The notes under the pieces: generated by a model
The model's database searches: none
What the model saw: the letters and a program-made list of their open reading frames with translations, nothing else
Told to the model about the DNA's origin: nothing
Position numbers and translations under genes: made by a program
Assembly (NCBI GenBank): GCA_963663225.1
Contig: OY760142.1
Span: 576,001 to 640,000, forward strand
DNA length: 64,000 nt
Direction: 5' to 3'
From: Nitrospirota bacterium
GTDB taxonomy: Bacteria > Nitrospirota > UBA9217
Shown: positions 48,822 through 57,815 of the stretch, in pieces
How positions within the stretch are numbered: the first letter of the stretch is position 1
How the letters are laid out: every line of letters starts with the position of its first letter

Positions 48822-48877
48822 GCCAGGAGCCAGAGCAGCAACCCCTGCTGTGCATCTGATTTCCTGATTATTGCCGC

Positions 48878-50467
48878 ATGCCATTGACTTTTATTGATAT
48901 AGAAAAACAGAAGACCTGGCGTATCTGGATTTTTCTGCTCGTCCTCATAGTCTTGTACTTTGCCGTCATCCTTGCATGCGCGTTGCCGTTTTTCCCTCAT
49001 GCGGCAGCAATTTCAACTCAATTCCTGTTCTCCGCACTTCTTATAGCCCTTGCCGCGGCCGGAACACATTTTTGGTTCTCTGCTTCCGATACCGTTGCCA
49101 CGGTGCTTCAGGGACTTGACGCCCAGCCTCCTGATTCAAAAGATGCCGTTCACCAAGTGCTTATCAACGTCATGCAGGAGATGCATACGGTCACCGGCAA
49201 CAAACGCCGCATCCGGTGCGCGGTCATACCGACGCTTTCCCTGAACGCACTGGCCGCTGCGGACTTGAAGGGAAATGCCGTTATTGCGATCACGGAAGGC
49301 CTCCTCTCAAAGTTGAGCCGACCGCAGCTTGAGTCCGTCGTCGCTCATGAAGCGAATCATGTTCTGGCGGGAGACTGCCTTGAGACCACCGTGGCCGCAA
49401 GCCTGTTCGGCACACTGTCCGCTTTTGTGGATAAAATCACCGATACCTCGCGCGGCCGCTCGTTTTTTCATCCCGCATTTTTCCTCGCCTGGCTGCTGCT
49501 CTTTCTGAGCAATCTCCTGAATATGTTCATCTCACGGGAGCGGGAGTACCGCGCAGACGCGGCCGCCGTCCGCATGACGAGAAATCCGATAGCGCTCGCC
49601 GAAACGCTCCATCTCCTGTCGCGAGGATGGCGCGGGGCAGGTTTTATCGGAAGCGGATACGAAATGCTTTGCATCGTAAATCCGAACGCGGCCATGCTCG
49701 ACGAGTCCGAGGGTTTCTGGGCCGACCTCATTTCCACCCATCCGCCGATCCGGAAACGGATCGATATTCTGCTTCGCATGGCTCATATGAGTATCGCGGA
49801 ATTGAAAGCCAGAACAGCCGTGAAAACAAGTCAAATCACCGAATCTTTCCCCCCTTCCTTCTTCGCCATGAACCCGCAGCAGCAATGGCAGGGCCCTTTT
49901 ACCCTGCCGGAGCTTAGCGCTTTGCCGTGGCTGTCTCCGCTCACCTGGATCACAAACGGTGACAAGCAGGCCGCGGAACGCGCATGGAAACAGCCGCTCA
50001 TCAATGCTATTTTTGTTTCCCAGCTTTCCCAGGACGACAAAACGGCGTCTGATTTTACCTGTCCGGTTTGCCGCCAGCCGCTCCGGATGGAAACGTATGA
50101 AGGCACCCAGATATACCAATGTCTTTTCTGCGCGGGCACACTGGTGGACACACCAAAAATCCCGAGAATTCTTGCGCGAGCAGGACGCGACCAACCCTGC
50201 TCGGAACGGATAAAAGCGCTTGCCTGCTCTGTGCAGAAAGAAAACCAGATCAGGTTTACCCGCCAGAAGCTGACGGGAACCGGGAAAAGCCCCGTACCGC
50301 TTTATCCCTGCCCCAAATGCAAAAATCCCATGTATCGGGGCTTTTACAGCGGCGCGTATCTTGTAGAGATTGACCGCTGCAGCCTCTGCGGCATTACCTG
50401 GTTTGATCAGGACGAGCTGAACATGCTGCAATGCCTGACAACACCAGCCGATCCCCAGACGTCCTGA
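48878..50467 (+). CDS. HtpX-like M48 metalloprotease fused to a GYF_2-like domain and two zinc ribbons
   Basis: HEANH, SREREYRAD, STHPP; QGPFTLPEL; CPVC/CLFC and CPKC/CSLC..WFD. Confidence 0.85.
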   Translation: MPLTFIDIEKQKTWRIWIFLLVLIVLYFAVILACALPFFPHAAAISTQFLFSALLIALAAAGTHFWFSASDTVATVLQGLDAQPPDSKDAVHQVLINVMQEMHTVTGNKRRIRCAVIPTLSLNALAAADLKGNAVIAITEGLLSKLSRPQLESVVAHEANHVLAGDCLETTVAASLFGTLSAFVDKITDTSRGRSFFHPAFFLAWLLLFLSNLLNMFISREREYRADAAAVRMTRNPIALAETLHLLSRGWRGAGFIGSGYEMLCIVNPNAAMLDESEGFWADLISTHPPIRKRIDILLRMAHMSIAELKARTAVKTSQITESFPPSFFAMNPQQQWQGPFTLPELSALPWLSPLTWITNGDKQAAERAWKQPLINAIFVSQLSQDDKTASDFTCPVCRQPLRMETYEGTQIYQCLFCAGTLVDTPKIPRILARAGRDQPCSERIKALACSVQKENQIRFTRQKLTGTGKSPVPLYPCPKCKNPMYRGFYSGAYLVEIDRCSLCGITWFDQDELNMLQCLTTPADPQTS

Positions 50468-50487
50468 ATCGTCGAGAGGAAGGCATC

Positions 50488-51162
50488 ATGATTACCGTCA
50501 AATTTTTTGCGATACTGAAAGATAAAGCAGGCGCGTCCGAGCTAAAGCTGGCCGTTGTCCCGGCAACCGTCTCTGACCTGCTTCAGCAGATATCACGGGA
50601 ACACCCCGCAATCTCGGATATCCTTTCACGGGGAAGCGTACTGGTCGCGGTGAACCAGGAATTTGCAAAACCTGATGCACGGCTCAAAGAGGGAGATGAA
50701 GTGGCCCTTATGCCTCCTGTTTCCGGCGGCGCGGAACCGTCCCGCAATGTCCGGATTCAGGCAGGACCGTTCTCGCTCGATGATGAAGTGGAACGCTTAA
50801 AAAAAACATCAGCGTCGATCGGCGCAATCGTCACGTTTCTGGGAACTACGCGCGACATTTCGCAGGGCAAACAGGTTGCCAAACTGGAATTCGAGCATTA
50901 TCCCGGCATGGCGGAAAAGAAACTGCAGGAAATCCGTGACAAGGCGATTCGGGATTATGGAGCGATTGACGTGTGCATCATACACCGGACAGGAACAATT
51001 CCCGTGGGAGAAAATATCGTGCTGATCGCGGCGGCGGCAGAACATCGCGACGCGGCCTTTAGCGCATGCCGTTTTTGCATTGATGAATTGAAGCGAATCA
51101 CTCCGATCTGGAAAAAGGAAACCACCGCTGAAGGAGAACTCTGGGTGGAAGCGCATCCATAA
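50488..51162 (+). CDS. Fused molybdopterin synthase MoaD-MoaE
   Basis: VKFFA...AVNQEF...EVALMPPVSGG (MoaD), then GAIVTFLGTTR, HRTG, HR..AF, PIWKKE (MoaE). Confidence 0.93.
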   Translation: MITVKFFAILKDKAGASELKLAVVPATVSDLLQQISREHPAISDILSRGSVLVAVNQEFAKPDARLKEGDEVALMPPVSGGAEPSRNVRIQAGPFSLDDEVERLKKTSASIGAIVTFLGTTRDISQGKQVAKLEFEHYPGMAEKKLQEIRDKAIRDYGAIDVCIIHRTGTIPVGENIVLIAAAAEHRDAAFSACRFCIDELKRITPIWKKETTAEGELWVEAHP

Positions 51163-51211
51163 ATTTCAGAATACGAACAGCCCCTGTTGTTTCACTTCGC
51201 ACAGCCAGCGT

Positions 51212-51940
51212 TTAGTATGTATTCCATCCCGGTATTAAAATCGTCAGTTTGTCCATAATCAGCAGCACGCCCATGACAATCAGGACAACTCCGCTTATTA
51301 TTTTAATGACCTTGAAGTGTTTTCTGACGATGTTGAATGAAGTCAGAAACGTGCTGATGGCGATTGACGAAAGAATAAACGGAATACCGAGGCCCAGCGA
51401 GTAAAACGTCAACAGCACCATGCCTGTGCCCACCGTGCGCGTTTCCATGGCCAGCGCCAGTACCGACCCCAGAAACGGTCCGGTGCACGGGGTCCAGCCC
51501 GCGGCGAAAACCATCCCGATAACAAGCGTTCCCGCATATCCCGCAGGCCTTGTTTTCAGATGCAGCCTTGCTTCCTGCTGAAGGAAAGGGATCTTTACCA
51601 CGTCCATGACAAAGATACCCATGAGTATGACAAAAACTCCTCCTGCAATCCGGATGTTCTCCAGGTGCTGTGACAAAATGCCGCCCGCCATGCTTGCTGT
51701 TGCCCCTAAAAGCACGAATATTATCGTGAACCCTGCAACGAAAACACCGGTATGCAACAGTGAAATTCTCATGTTTCTGCCGCGTGAGCCGGGGCTCACC
51801 AGATCATCGTAGCCGATTCCCGTGATATAGGAAACATAGGAAGGGATCAGGGGAAGAATACAGGGGGACACAAAGGACGTGAGCCCCATAAAAAGAGAAA
51901 ACAGCAGCGTGTACAGTGTCAGTCCCTGTGCAGGGTCCAT
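51212..51940 (-). CDS. ccdA: Cytochrome c biogenesis protein CcdA (DsbD transmembrane domain)
   Basis: SFVSPCILPLIPSY, GWTPCTGP, YSLGLGIPF. Confidence 0.92.
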   Translation of the reverse strand: MDPAQGLTLYTLLFSLFMGLTSFVSPCILPLIPSYVSYITGIGYDDLVSPGSRGRNMRISLLHTGVFVAGFTIIFVLLGATASMAGGILSQHLENIRIAGGVFVILMGIFVMDVVKIPFLQQEARLHLKTRPAGYAGTLVIGMVFAAGWTPCTGPFLGSVLALAMETRTVGTGMVLLTFYSLGLGIPFILSSIAISTFLTSFNIVRKHFKVIKIISGVVLIVMGVLLIMDKLTILIPGWNTY

Positions 51941-52102
51941 GGATGTCACCTTGTAAGTAATATAAAACATCATAACAAAGCATTTATAATCTATCAAGAT
52001 AAAGTTTTCTCATTTCTGTGTATGGTATGGAGGATTATTCTGTTGACAAAAACAGCCAATTTCATTAACGTTATGCATCTTCAATCAGGAGGATGCAGCT
52101 TC

Positions 52103-52726
52103 ATGTATATCAAGCAACCGATGCAATACTTTTTGGACAAGCTGGCAAGCAGTTCTCCCGAACCAGGGGGCGGCAGTGTGGCGGCATTAGTAGGGGCACT
52201 GTCTGGAGCGCTCGTGAGCATGGTTGCAAACCTTACTCTCGGCAAGGAAAAATACAAAAACGTCCAACCGCAGATCGAACAACTTCTCAAAGAGTCCGAA
52301 AAACTTCGGGCCGAGATGCAGGACCTGATCCAGAAGGACACCGAGGTCTACGGCACCTTATCCGCCGTGCATAAAATGCCGAAGAACACCGACGATGAGA
52401 AAACCGATCGCACTCTGAAGATGCAGGCCGCGCTCAAAGAGGCATGCCGCGTCCCGTTCGAAATCGGGCAAAAATCCCTCGAAATAACCAGACTTGCAGA
52501 ACGCGCGGCTGTTCTCGGCAATACCGGAGTAATAAGCGATGCCGGTGTCGCAGCAGTTCTGGCCCGCGCGTGCGCGCAAAGCGCCGCTCTCAACGTAAAA
52601 ATCAATATCAACAGCATTAAAGACGAGGCATACAACCGAACAACCTGGGAGCAGATGCAACGCGTATTGGAACAGGCGTCTGCCCTTGAAAAAACTATTC
52701 TCGAGACAACATACTCGAAAATGTGA
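52103..52726 (+). CDS. fchA: Methenyltetrahydrofolate cyclohydrolase / cyclodeaminase family (FchA-like)
   Basis: LASSSPEPGGGSVAAL, SDAGVA, LNVKIN; directly upstream of folD. Confidence 0.88.
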   Translation: MYIKQPMQYFLDKLASSSPEPGGGSVAALVGALSGALVSMVANLTLGKEKYKNVQPQIEQLLKESEKLRAEMQDLIQKDTEVYGTLSAVHKMPKNTDDEKTDRTLKMQAALKEACRVPFEIGQKSLEITRLAERAAVLGNTGVISDAGVAAVLARACAQSAALNVKININSIKDEAYNRTTWEQMQRVLEQASALEKTILETTYSKM

Positions 52727-52750
52727 TTCCACGCGTGTGAGGAATGGAGA

Positions 52751-53611
52751 ATGCCGGCAAAGCTTTTGACAGGAAAAGAAGTCGCACACCACATTGAACA
52801 GTGCCTCCAGCGTGAAGTCCAGTACCTGAAAGCTCAGGGAATTGCTCCCGCTCTCAGGATATTGATCGTTGGGACTGCTGCTGAATCGCTAGCGTATACC
52901 AAAAATGCGGTAAAGATAGCCGAAAAACTGGGTGTTTCCTGCGCTATCGAACAATTGCCGTTCGATACGAGCGAGAATGAATTCATCAAGACACTGAGTG
53001 AGCGAAACAGCGATCCAGGCATTCACGGGATTCTCATTATGCGGCCGCTTCCGAAGCATATCAGCGAAGATGTGGTCAAATACGCGATCGATCCGGAAAA
53101 AGACATGGACTGCCTCAACCCGGTGAATGCCGGAAAAGTCATGGTCGGAGACTTAACCGGGTTTCCTCCCGCGACCCCTCAGGCCGTAATGAAAATTCTC
53201 CGTTTTTATGAAATCCCGCTCAGCGGCAAAGAAGTCGTGGTTGTCGGACGCTCCATGGTTGTGGGAAAACCGCTGTCAATGCTGCTGCTGCATGAGAATG
53301 CCACGGTGACTGTCTGCCACTCAAAAACGCATGATCTGCCTGCTGTGTGCAGAAGGGCCGATATTTTGATCGTTGCCATCGGCAAAGCCAGAATGGTAAC
53401 ACCTGAGTACATAAAGAGCGGTGCAACGGTTATAGACGTGGGCATTAACGTAGAAACAGGCAAGCTTTGCGGCGACGTTGATACGGAGCAGGCCATAGAT
53501 ATGGCCGGGGCTGTCACCCCTGTTCCGGGAGGGGTCGGGGTTGTAACCACACGAGTATTGCTTGAGCATGTGGTCCGCGCAGCGAAGATGCAAAACGCTT
53601 TAATAAAATAA
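52751..53611 (+). CDS. folD: Methylenetetrahydrofolate dehydrogenase (FolD family, probably monofunctional)
   Basis: PEKDMD, PATP, GRSMVVGKP, TVCHSKT, DVGIN, TPVPGGVG. Confidence 0.93.
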   Translation: MPAKLLTGKEVAHHIEQCLQREVQYLKAQGIAPALRILIVGTAAESLAYTKNAVKIAEKLGVSCAIEQLPFDTSENEFIKTLSERNSDPGIHGILIMRPLPKHISEDVVKYAIDPEKDMDCLNPVNAGKVMVGDLTGFPPATPQAVMKILRFYEIPLSGKEVVVVGRSMVVGKPLSMLLLHENATVTVCHSKTHDLPAVCRRADILIVAIGKARMVTPEYIKSGATVIDVGINVETGKLCGDVDTEQAIDMAGAVTPVPGGVGVVTTRVLLEHVVRAAKMQNALIK

Positions 53612-53639
53612 GCTGAAATATCATTTGGGAAAAAATAAA

Positions 53640-53668
53640 AAAGCCCCGGAGAAATCCTCCGGGGCTTT
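53640..53668. terminator. Bidirectional intrinsic terminator between folD and the porin gene
   Basis: AAAGCCCCGGAG-aaatc-CTCCGGGGCTTT flanked by A and T tracts. Confidence 0.85.
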
Positions 53669-53706
53669 GTGTTTCCGAACATCAGCACATCGCTGTGCTT
53701 TTTATA

Positions 53707-54987
53707 CTAGAACTTGAGGGAAAGAATTCCCTGAATTGCATAGGCATCGGAATTGATTCCTGCGGCAGTGCGGTAGCAACCACCGGTCGCAAACCAACCA
53801 GCCTGCCAGCTCCAGGAAAGGTTCGGGCTGATCTGCCAGTTAAGTTTGAGGTCTGTTTCAAAGCCGAGGTCCTTGGAGGGGGTGCCGCCGTTCAGAGCGA
53901 TCCACTCAGCTGCCTTGAACCAATAGGCATCGAAGCCAACTGCAAGGCTCTTTACAACCTGAACCATTGCGCCAGCATTAACCATCATGGTGTTCTGGAA
54001 ACCACGGTTTGTTGCGTTTGCAGCACCTCTTAACCGATATTCATAGATCAAGGAATAGTGCTGGCCGATGTCGAGCAGGTTAACTACCTGTGATACGTTG
54101 GAAGAACCAGGGCGGTTGCCGCTGCCGTATGCTGCACCGGCGTTGAAGGTCACGATGCTGACCGGTACGGTAGCCTGAATGATGCCCTGGAAGCCGTCAT
54201 AATCGATGCCGCCAGCCGCTGCTGTAGTCTGCACTCTACCCTTCTGTACATCAACTTCACCCTTGATCGTTGCAACGCCGACCTTCGCGTTCCAGTTGGC
54301 GCCAAAGTTCATCAAATAGCCGCTGCCGCCAGCAGTTGGTGCCGCAAGTACGGAACCATTGTTGTCCAGGAGATAGGACACATCAACACCGAGAGTAATT
54401 CCATCTGTCGGCTTCACAGTTACGAGTGCGGTGTAGAGATCCACATCATCATGGTTCACCGTGGTGGTGCCTTCATTGATTTTTACATCCTGAAGAGCAA
54501 CTGTGGCTTTGCCAAGGTTAGCATACACAATCCATGCATCCTGACCGCCATAGGTTGAACGCTCGAACCAGCCCTGGCCGATCTGGCCAAGCTGACGTCC
54601 GGCTTTCACGCCGACCGGAAGGCCAGGGATCATGAAATCAATCCATGCTTCACGGATGAGCGTCGTGCTTGTTGTACCATTCGTACCTCTGTTTGCTGCG
54701 CCGTCACTTACCCCTCTGCCAATCCATGTATCATAATCGTTCCAGAGGGCCAGTTTTCCCTTGATATTATTGTCTGCCTTGATGTTCACTTCGAGCAAGA
54801 ACCGTGTCTGGGTATAATTGTCATTTGTTGCATCTGCGTGGCTGTTCGGCTGCGGTGATGCGGCAATATTATAGAACATCCTGCTTCGCACCGCGGCTTC
54901 TCCGCTCAGCGTTACGTCGAGCGCAAAGGCCACGCTGCTGATGCAGAGCGCTGCGAGTACTACAGCTACTACCAAAAACTTCTTCAT
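53707..54987 (-). CDS. Outer-membrane porin / channel (alginate-export or OmpJ-like beta-barrel)
   Basis: Signal peptide (AFA), IREAWIDF, VKAGRQ, KDLGFETD, C-terminal LSLKF; GGAGG RBS. Confidence 0.8.
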   Translation of the reverse strand: MKKFLVVAVVLAALCISSVAFALDVTLSGEAAVRSRMFYNIAASPQPNSHADATNDNYTQTRFLLEVNIKADNNIKGKLALWNDYDTWIGRGVSDGAANRGTNGTTSTTLIREAWIDFMIPGLPVGVKAGRQLGQIGQGWFERSTYGGQDAWIVYANLGKATVALQDVKINEGTTTVNHDDVDLYTALVTVKPTDGITLGVDVSYLLDNNGSVLAAPTAGGSGYLMNFGANWNAKVGVATIKGEVDVQKGRVQTTAAAGGIDYDGFQGIIQATVPVSIVTFNAGAAYGSGNRPGSSNVSQVVNLLDIGQHYSLIYEYRLRGAANATNRGFQNTMMVNAGAMVQVVKSLAVGFDAYWFKAAEWIALNGGTPSKDLGFETDLKLNWQISPNLSWSWQAGWFATGGCYRTAAGINSDAYAIQGILSLKF

Positions 54988-55456
54988 CGTTTATCCTCCC
55001 TTGATATTAATTTTGCTCCGATTTATCCGAAGCACTGACTGACTTCCGAATTTTTAATGAAGCAATGTTTCTTTATACTTATACGACAGTGTTTCTTTAC
55101 AATAAGATACCGACTCATCCCCCCTTTCACGGTAAAATATGACTCTTATAATCAACCGAAAAAAAAACGGACAAACCGTTTACATCCGTACGTTGGCATT
55201 ATTGCTTCGAGATAATAACGGCTGGATTGCGCGCCTAGAGAGAATCCTTGAAGAGATGCTGCTGGCTGTTTAACGGCGTGCATTTCAGCTGGGATCGAGG
55301 GACAATCGTGATATGTAGGTCTGTTAGTGGTTATCATAGACAATTTAAATCGCTTAAATCCGCCACTATTACAAACTGCTACAAACTACGGTCATTCAAT
55401 ACTACCGACTGCAAAAGAACATGCCGCTAATGAAGGCATTGAGAAACTTATGGCAA

Positions 55457-55485
55457 ACTATAGCAAAGTAGCATATCCAAGTCAA
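55457..55485 (-). promoter_or_regulatory. Sigma70 promoter about 470 nt upstream of the porin ATG
   Basis: TTGACT-17 bp-TATAGT, immediately downstream of the fadL terminator. Confidence 0.65.
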
Positions 55486-55503
55486 GCGTTTTTTACCTGA
55501 TAG

Positions 55504-55555
55504 AAAAAGGCATAATTCCCCTCTCTTTCTGTAAATTACGAGAGGGGAATTATGC
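55504..55555 (-). terminator. Intrinsic terminator of the fadL-like gene
   Basis: 16-bp perfect stem GCATAATTCCCCTCTC/GAGAGGGGAATTATGC followed by CTTTTT on the minus strand. Confidence 0.85.
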
Positions 55556-55571
55556 TGTCTGACACTAATTT

Positions 55572-56777
55572 TTAGAATTTATACGCTACCGACATGCCGA
55601 AAATCTGCACGTCAGTATTATATGTTCCGTTCAGAGTGCTACCGTACAGGCTGTCGCTGACATTTCTGGTCTCGAACAGCATATAAAGATAGGCAACATC
55701 AATACTCAGGTTGCCTATAGTATATCCTGCCCCGATTGTGAAGCCGTGCCTGTCGGCATCAGGGACTCTTGTTTCGAAATAATGGTCAGGGACCGGGTTT
55801 TTGTCATACTGGTATCCTGCGCGCAGTTTCCAATTGTCGTTCAACTTATATTGTCCGCCGACCCGTATGTTCAAGACGTCATTCCATTGTTTTTCATAGG
55901 TATGATTATACGCAGAATTGGCCGCGGTAGTCTGGATTTTATCATAGGTTGACCACCAGGTATAGCCAAGATCCAGGTTCAGTGTCAGCTTGTCCGTGGG
56001 CTTTACCGAGATACCCCATGACAGAAGGTCCGGCAGCGTAATTGAAGTGGTAACTGTTGAAGGTGCCGGGAACGGCGGGGTTGGTCCGACAACCTGCGCT
56101 ATGCCGTCCAGATCCACCCGGACGCGGCTTCTGTACGAAATTCCGGTCTTAACCGTATCTGAAACTTTATACATCGCGGCAACATTGCCTCCCCATCCCT
56201 CTCCGGACCCTCGCAACTGAGAGACATACGTTGTGGTGGGATACATATTCGACAACGTTGCGGTCATGTACACATAAGCAAGGCCAGCGGAAACAGAGAG
56301 TTTGTCATTTATCTTATAGGCAATATTCGGGTTGAATTCGGTCGTAAGCACCTGTGATAACAGGGCAACTTCACGGGTCGTACTGCCGAAGTGCCAATCC
56401 GTGCCCATGCCGAAGGGGTTGTTCACGCCGAACCCCAGTGAAATACTGTCGTTTACTTTATGCGTGACATACAGAAGAGCGGGAACATGGCTTGCGCGGG
56501 AAGCAGTGTCCGTGGTCCCGTTCGTGTTTTCGTGCGAAAACGTCGGAAGAATTACAACGAATCCGCTCATCACATTGGTCCCGTTCAACTGGGTGATGCC
56601 AGCGGGATTGTACCACACTGCCGAGGCGTCATCGGCCTGAGCCGCGAAAGCGCTCCCCATACCCATTGCAGCTGCGCCCTGCTCCGGAAGCGCGAATCCG
56701 GCAGCTGACGCATGTGTCGAAATACCCAGACATAAGGCGACCAAAGTTACCACAAGAAAACACAAGTTTTTTTTCAT
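55572..56777 (-). CDS. OmpP1/FadL family outer-membrane transporter
   Basis: AAGFALPEQG..MGSA..ADDASAVWYNPAG, PFGMGTDW, LRAGYQYD, PDADR, C-terminal YKF. Confidence 0.92.
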   Translation of the reverse strand: MKKNLCFLVVTLVALCLGISTHASAAGFALPEQGAAAMGMGSAFAAQADDASAVWYNPAGITQLNGTNVMSGFVVILPTFSHENTNGTTDTASRASHVPALLYVTHKVNDSISLGFGVNNPFGMGTDWHFGSTTREVALLSQVLTTEFNPNIAYKINDKLSVSAGLAYVYMTATLSNMYPTTTYVSQLRGSGEGWGGNVAAMYKVSDTVKTGISYRSRVRVDLDGIAQVVGPTPPFPAPSTVTTSITLPDLLSWGISVKPTDKLTLNLDLGYTWWSTYDKIQTTAANSAYNHTYEKQWNDVLNIRVGGQYKLNDNWKLRAGYQYDKNPVPDHYFETRVPDADRHGFTIGAGYTIGNLSIDVAYLYMLFETRNVSDSLYGSTLNGTYNTDVQIFGMSVAYKF

Positions 56778-57005
56778 ATCTGCCCCCCCCTGACTGAAAT
56801 AGATCTTTTTTCGAGACAAAGATGGCGCGTAGTATAGAGATAAAACAAGAGCAGGTCAAGATATAAATTACTATATTTTTTTGTCGAAAATACCGATTGG
56901 GTGGAGAAGATTTACTGAAGTGAAAAATGATTATCAGGCTTCGGCAGGCTTCTTTTTTTTCAAACAGTTACCAATATTTTGCCCCTCAAATTTCAAAATT
57001 CAGGC

Positions 57006-57746
57006 TCAATATTCCCGCAGCCGTTTAAAAAAATCCCTGATCCTGTGCGCGTTCTTGCCCACGTCGGTCCGCCCCATGCGGGAAACCGAGCGCAGATCAA
57101 TCCGGCTTCGCTCCCCGTCCTGGGTTATTCTGATAATGATATCGTCCTTAAAACCGAACCAGAACGTGGTGTCCACGGCCTCGATCCGTCCTTCGTGCCG
57201 GTTCACGGCAATAAGGTTCCACTTCTTGCTTCGTACGACCTGCAGCGCTTTGTCGAATGCCGCCTCAGTCGGCAGGTTCATCATAAATGGTTTTATATCC
57301 GGATATGCTTTAAGCTGCTGGGCGGCAATGGCCGGTCCCCCGTATTCAGCCGGGTTTTCAGCGCCCTTTCTGAGCGGCAGGATTGAGACAAATTGCGGCG
57401 GGTTCTGTGTGTCGGTTGTAATATCATGAATCGGCGGGGATGCTACTATCGATTGTTTCCAGTTCCAGGTATTGCCTGACGTAACCAACCCGACAAGCAT
57501 GCCGAACACCGCCAGGATGACGCCGTCATAGAGCTTTTCTTGCAAGGATGCGATAAGTCCTATACCTGCTATCACAGCGGCAAGCACGCCTGCATACGCA
57601 GACCATCTCAGGATGGCAAATCCGGTGCGAAAATGCCACCATTTCCAGCGGCTGCCAAAACCCGCTAGCATGGAAATAAAACCGCACATGAGCGCGAACA
57701 AAAACCCGACTAAAACAAATATTGACACTGATGCCGCTGCCGCCAT
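57006..57746 (-). CDS. DUF1499-domain membrane protein
   Basis: PPIHDITTD, QQLKAYPDI, WFGFKDD, RSVSRMGRTDVGKNAHRI. Confidence 0.9.
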   Translation of the reverse strand: MAAAASVSIFVLVGFLFALMCGFISMLAGFGSRWKWWHFRTGFAILRWSAYAGVLAAVIAGIGLIASLQEKLYDGVILAVFGMLVGLVTSGNTWNWKQSIVASPPIHDITTDTQNPPQFVSILPLRKGAENPAEYGGPAIAAQQLKAYPDIKPFMMNLPTEAAFDKALQVVRSKKWNLIAVNRHEGRIEAVDTTFWFGFKDDIIIRITQDGERSRIDLRSVSRMGRTDVGKNAHRIRDFFKRLREY

Positions 57747-57815
57747 GGTTTCCTCCTGCTTTTTGCCGATAATTCTCGGAGTTTATTTGCAAGAATCAAC
57801 AAAGACTGCTGCATA

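Noticed and set aside
55152-55430. 60-63 aa ORFs in the porin upstream region
   Set aside because: No RBS support or domain features; the region is better explained as non-coding.
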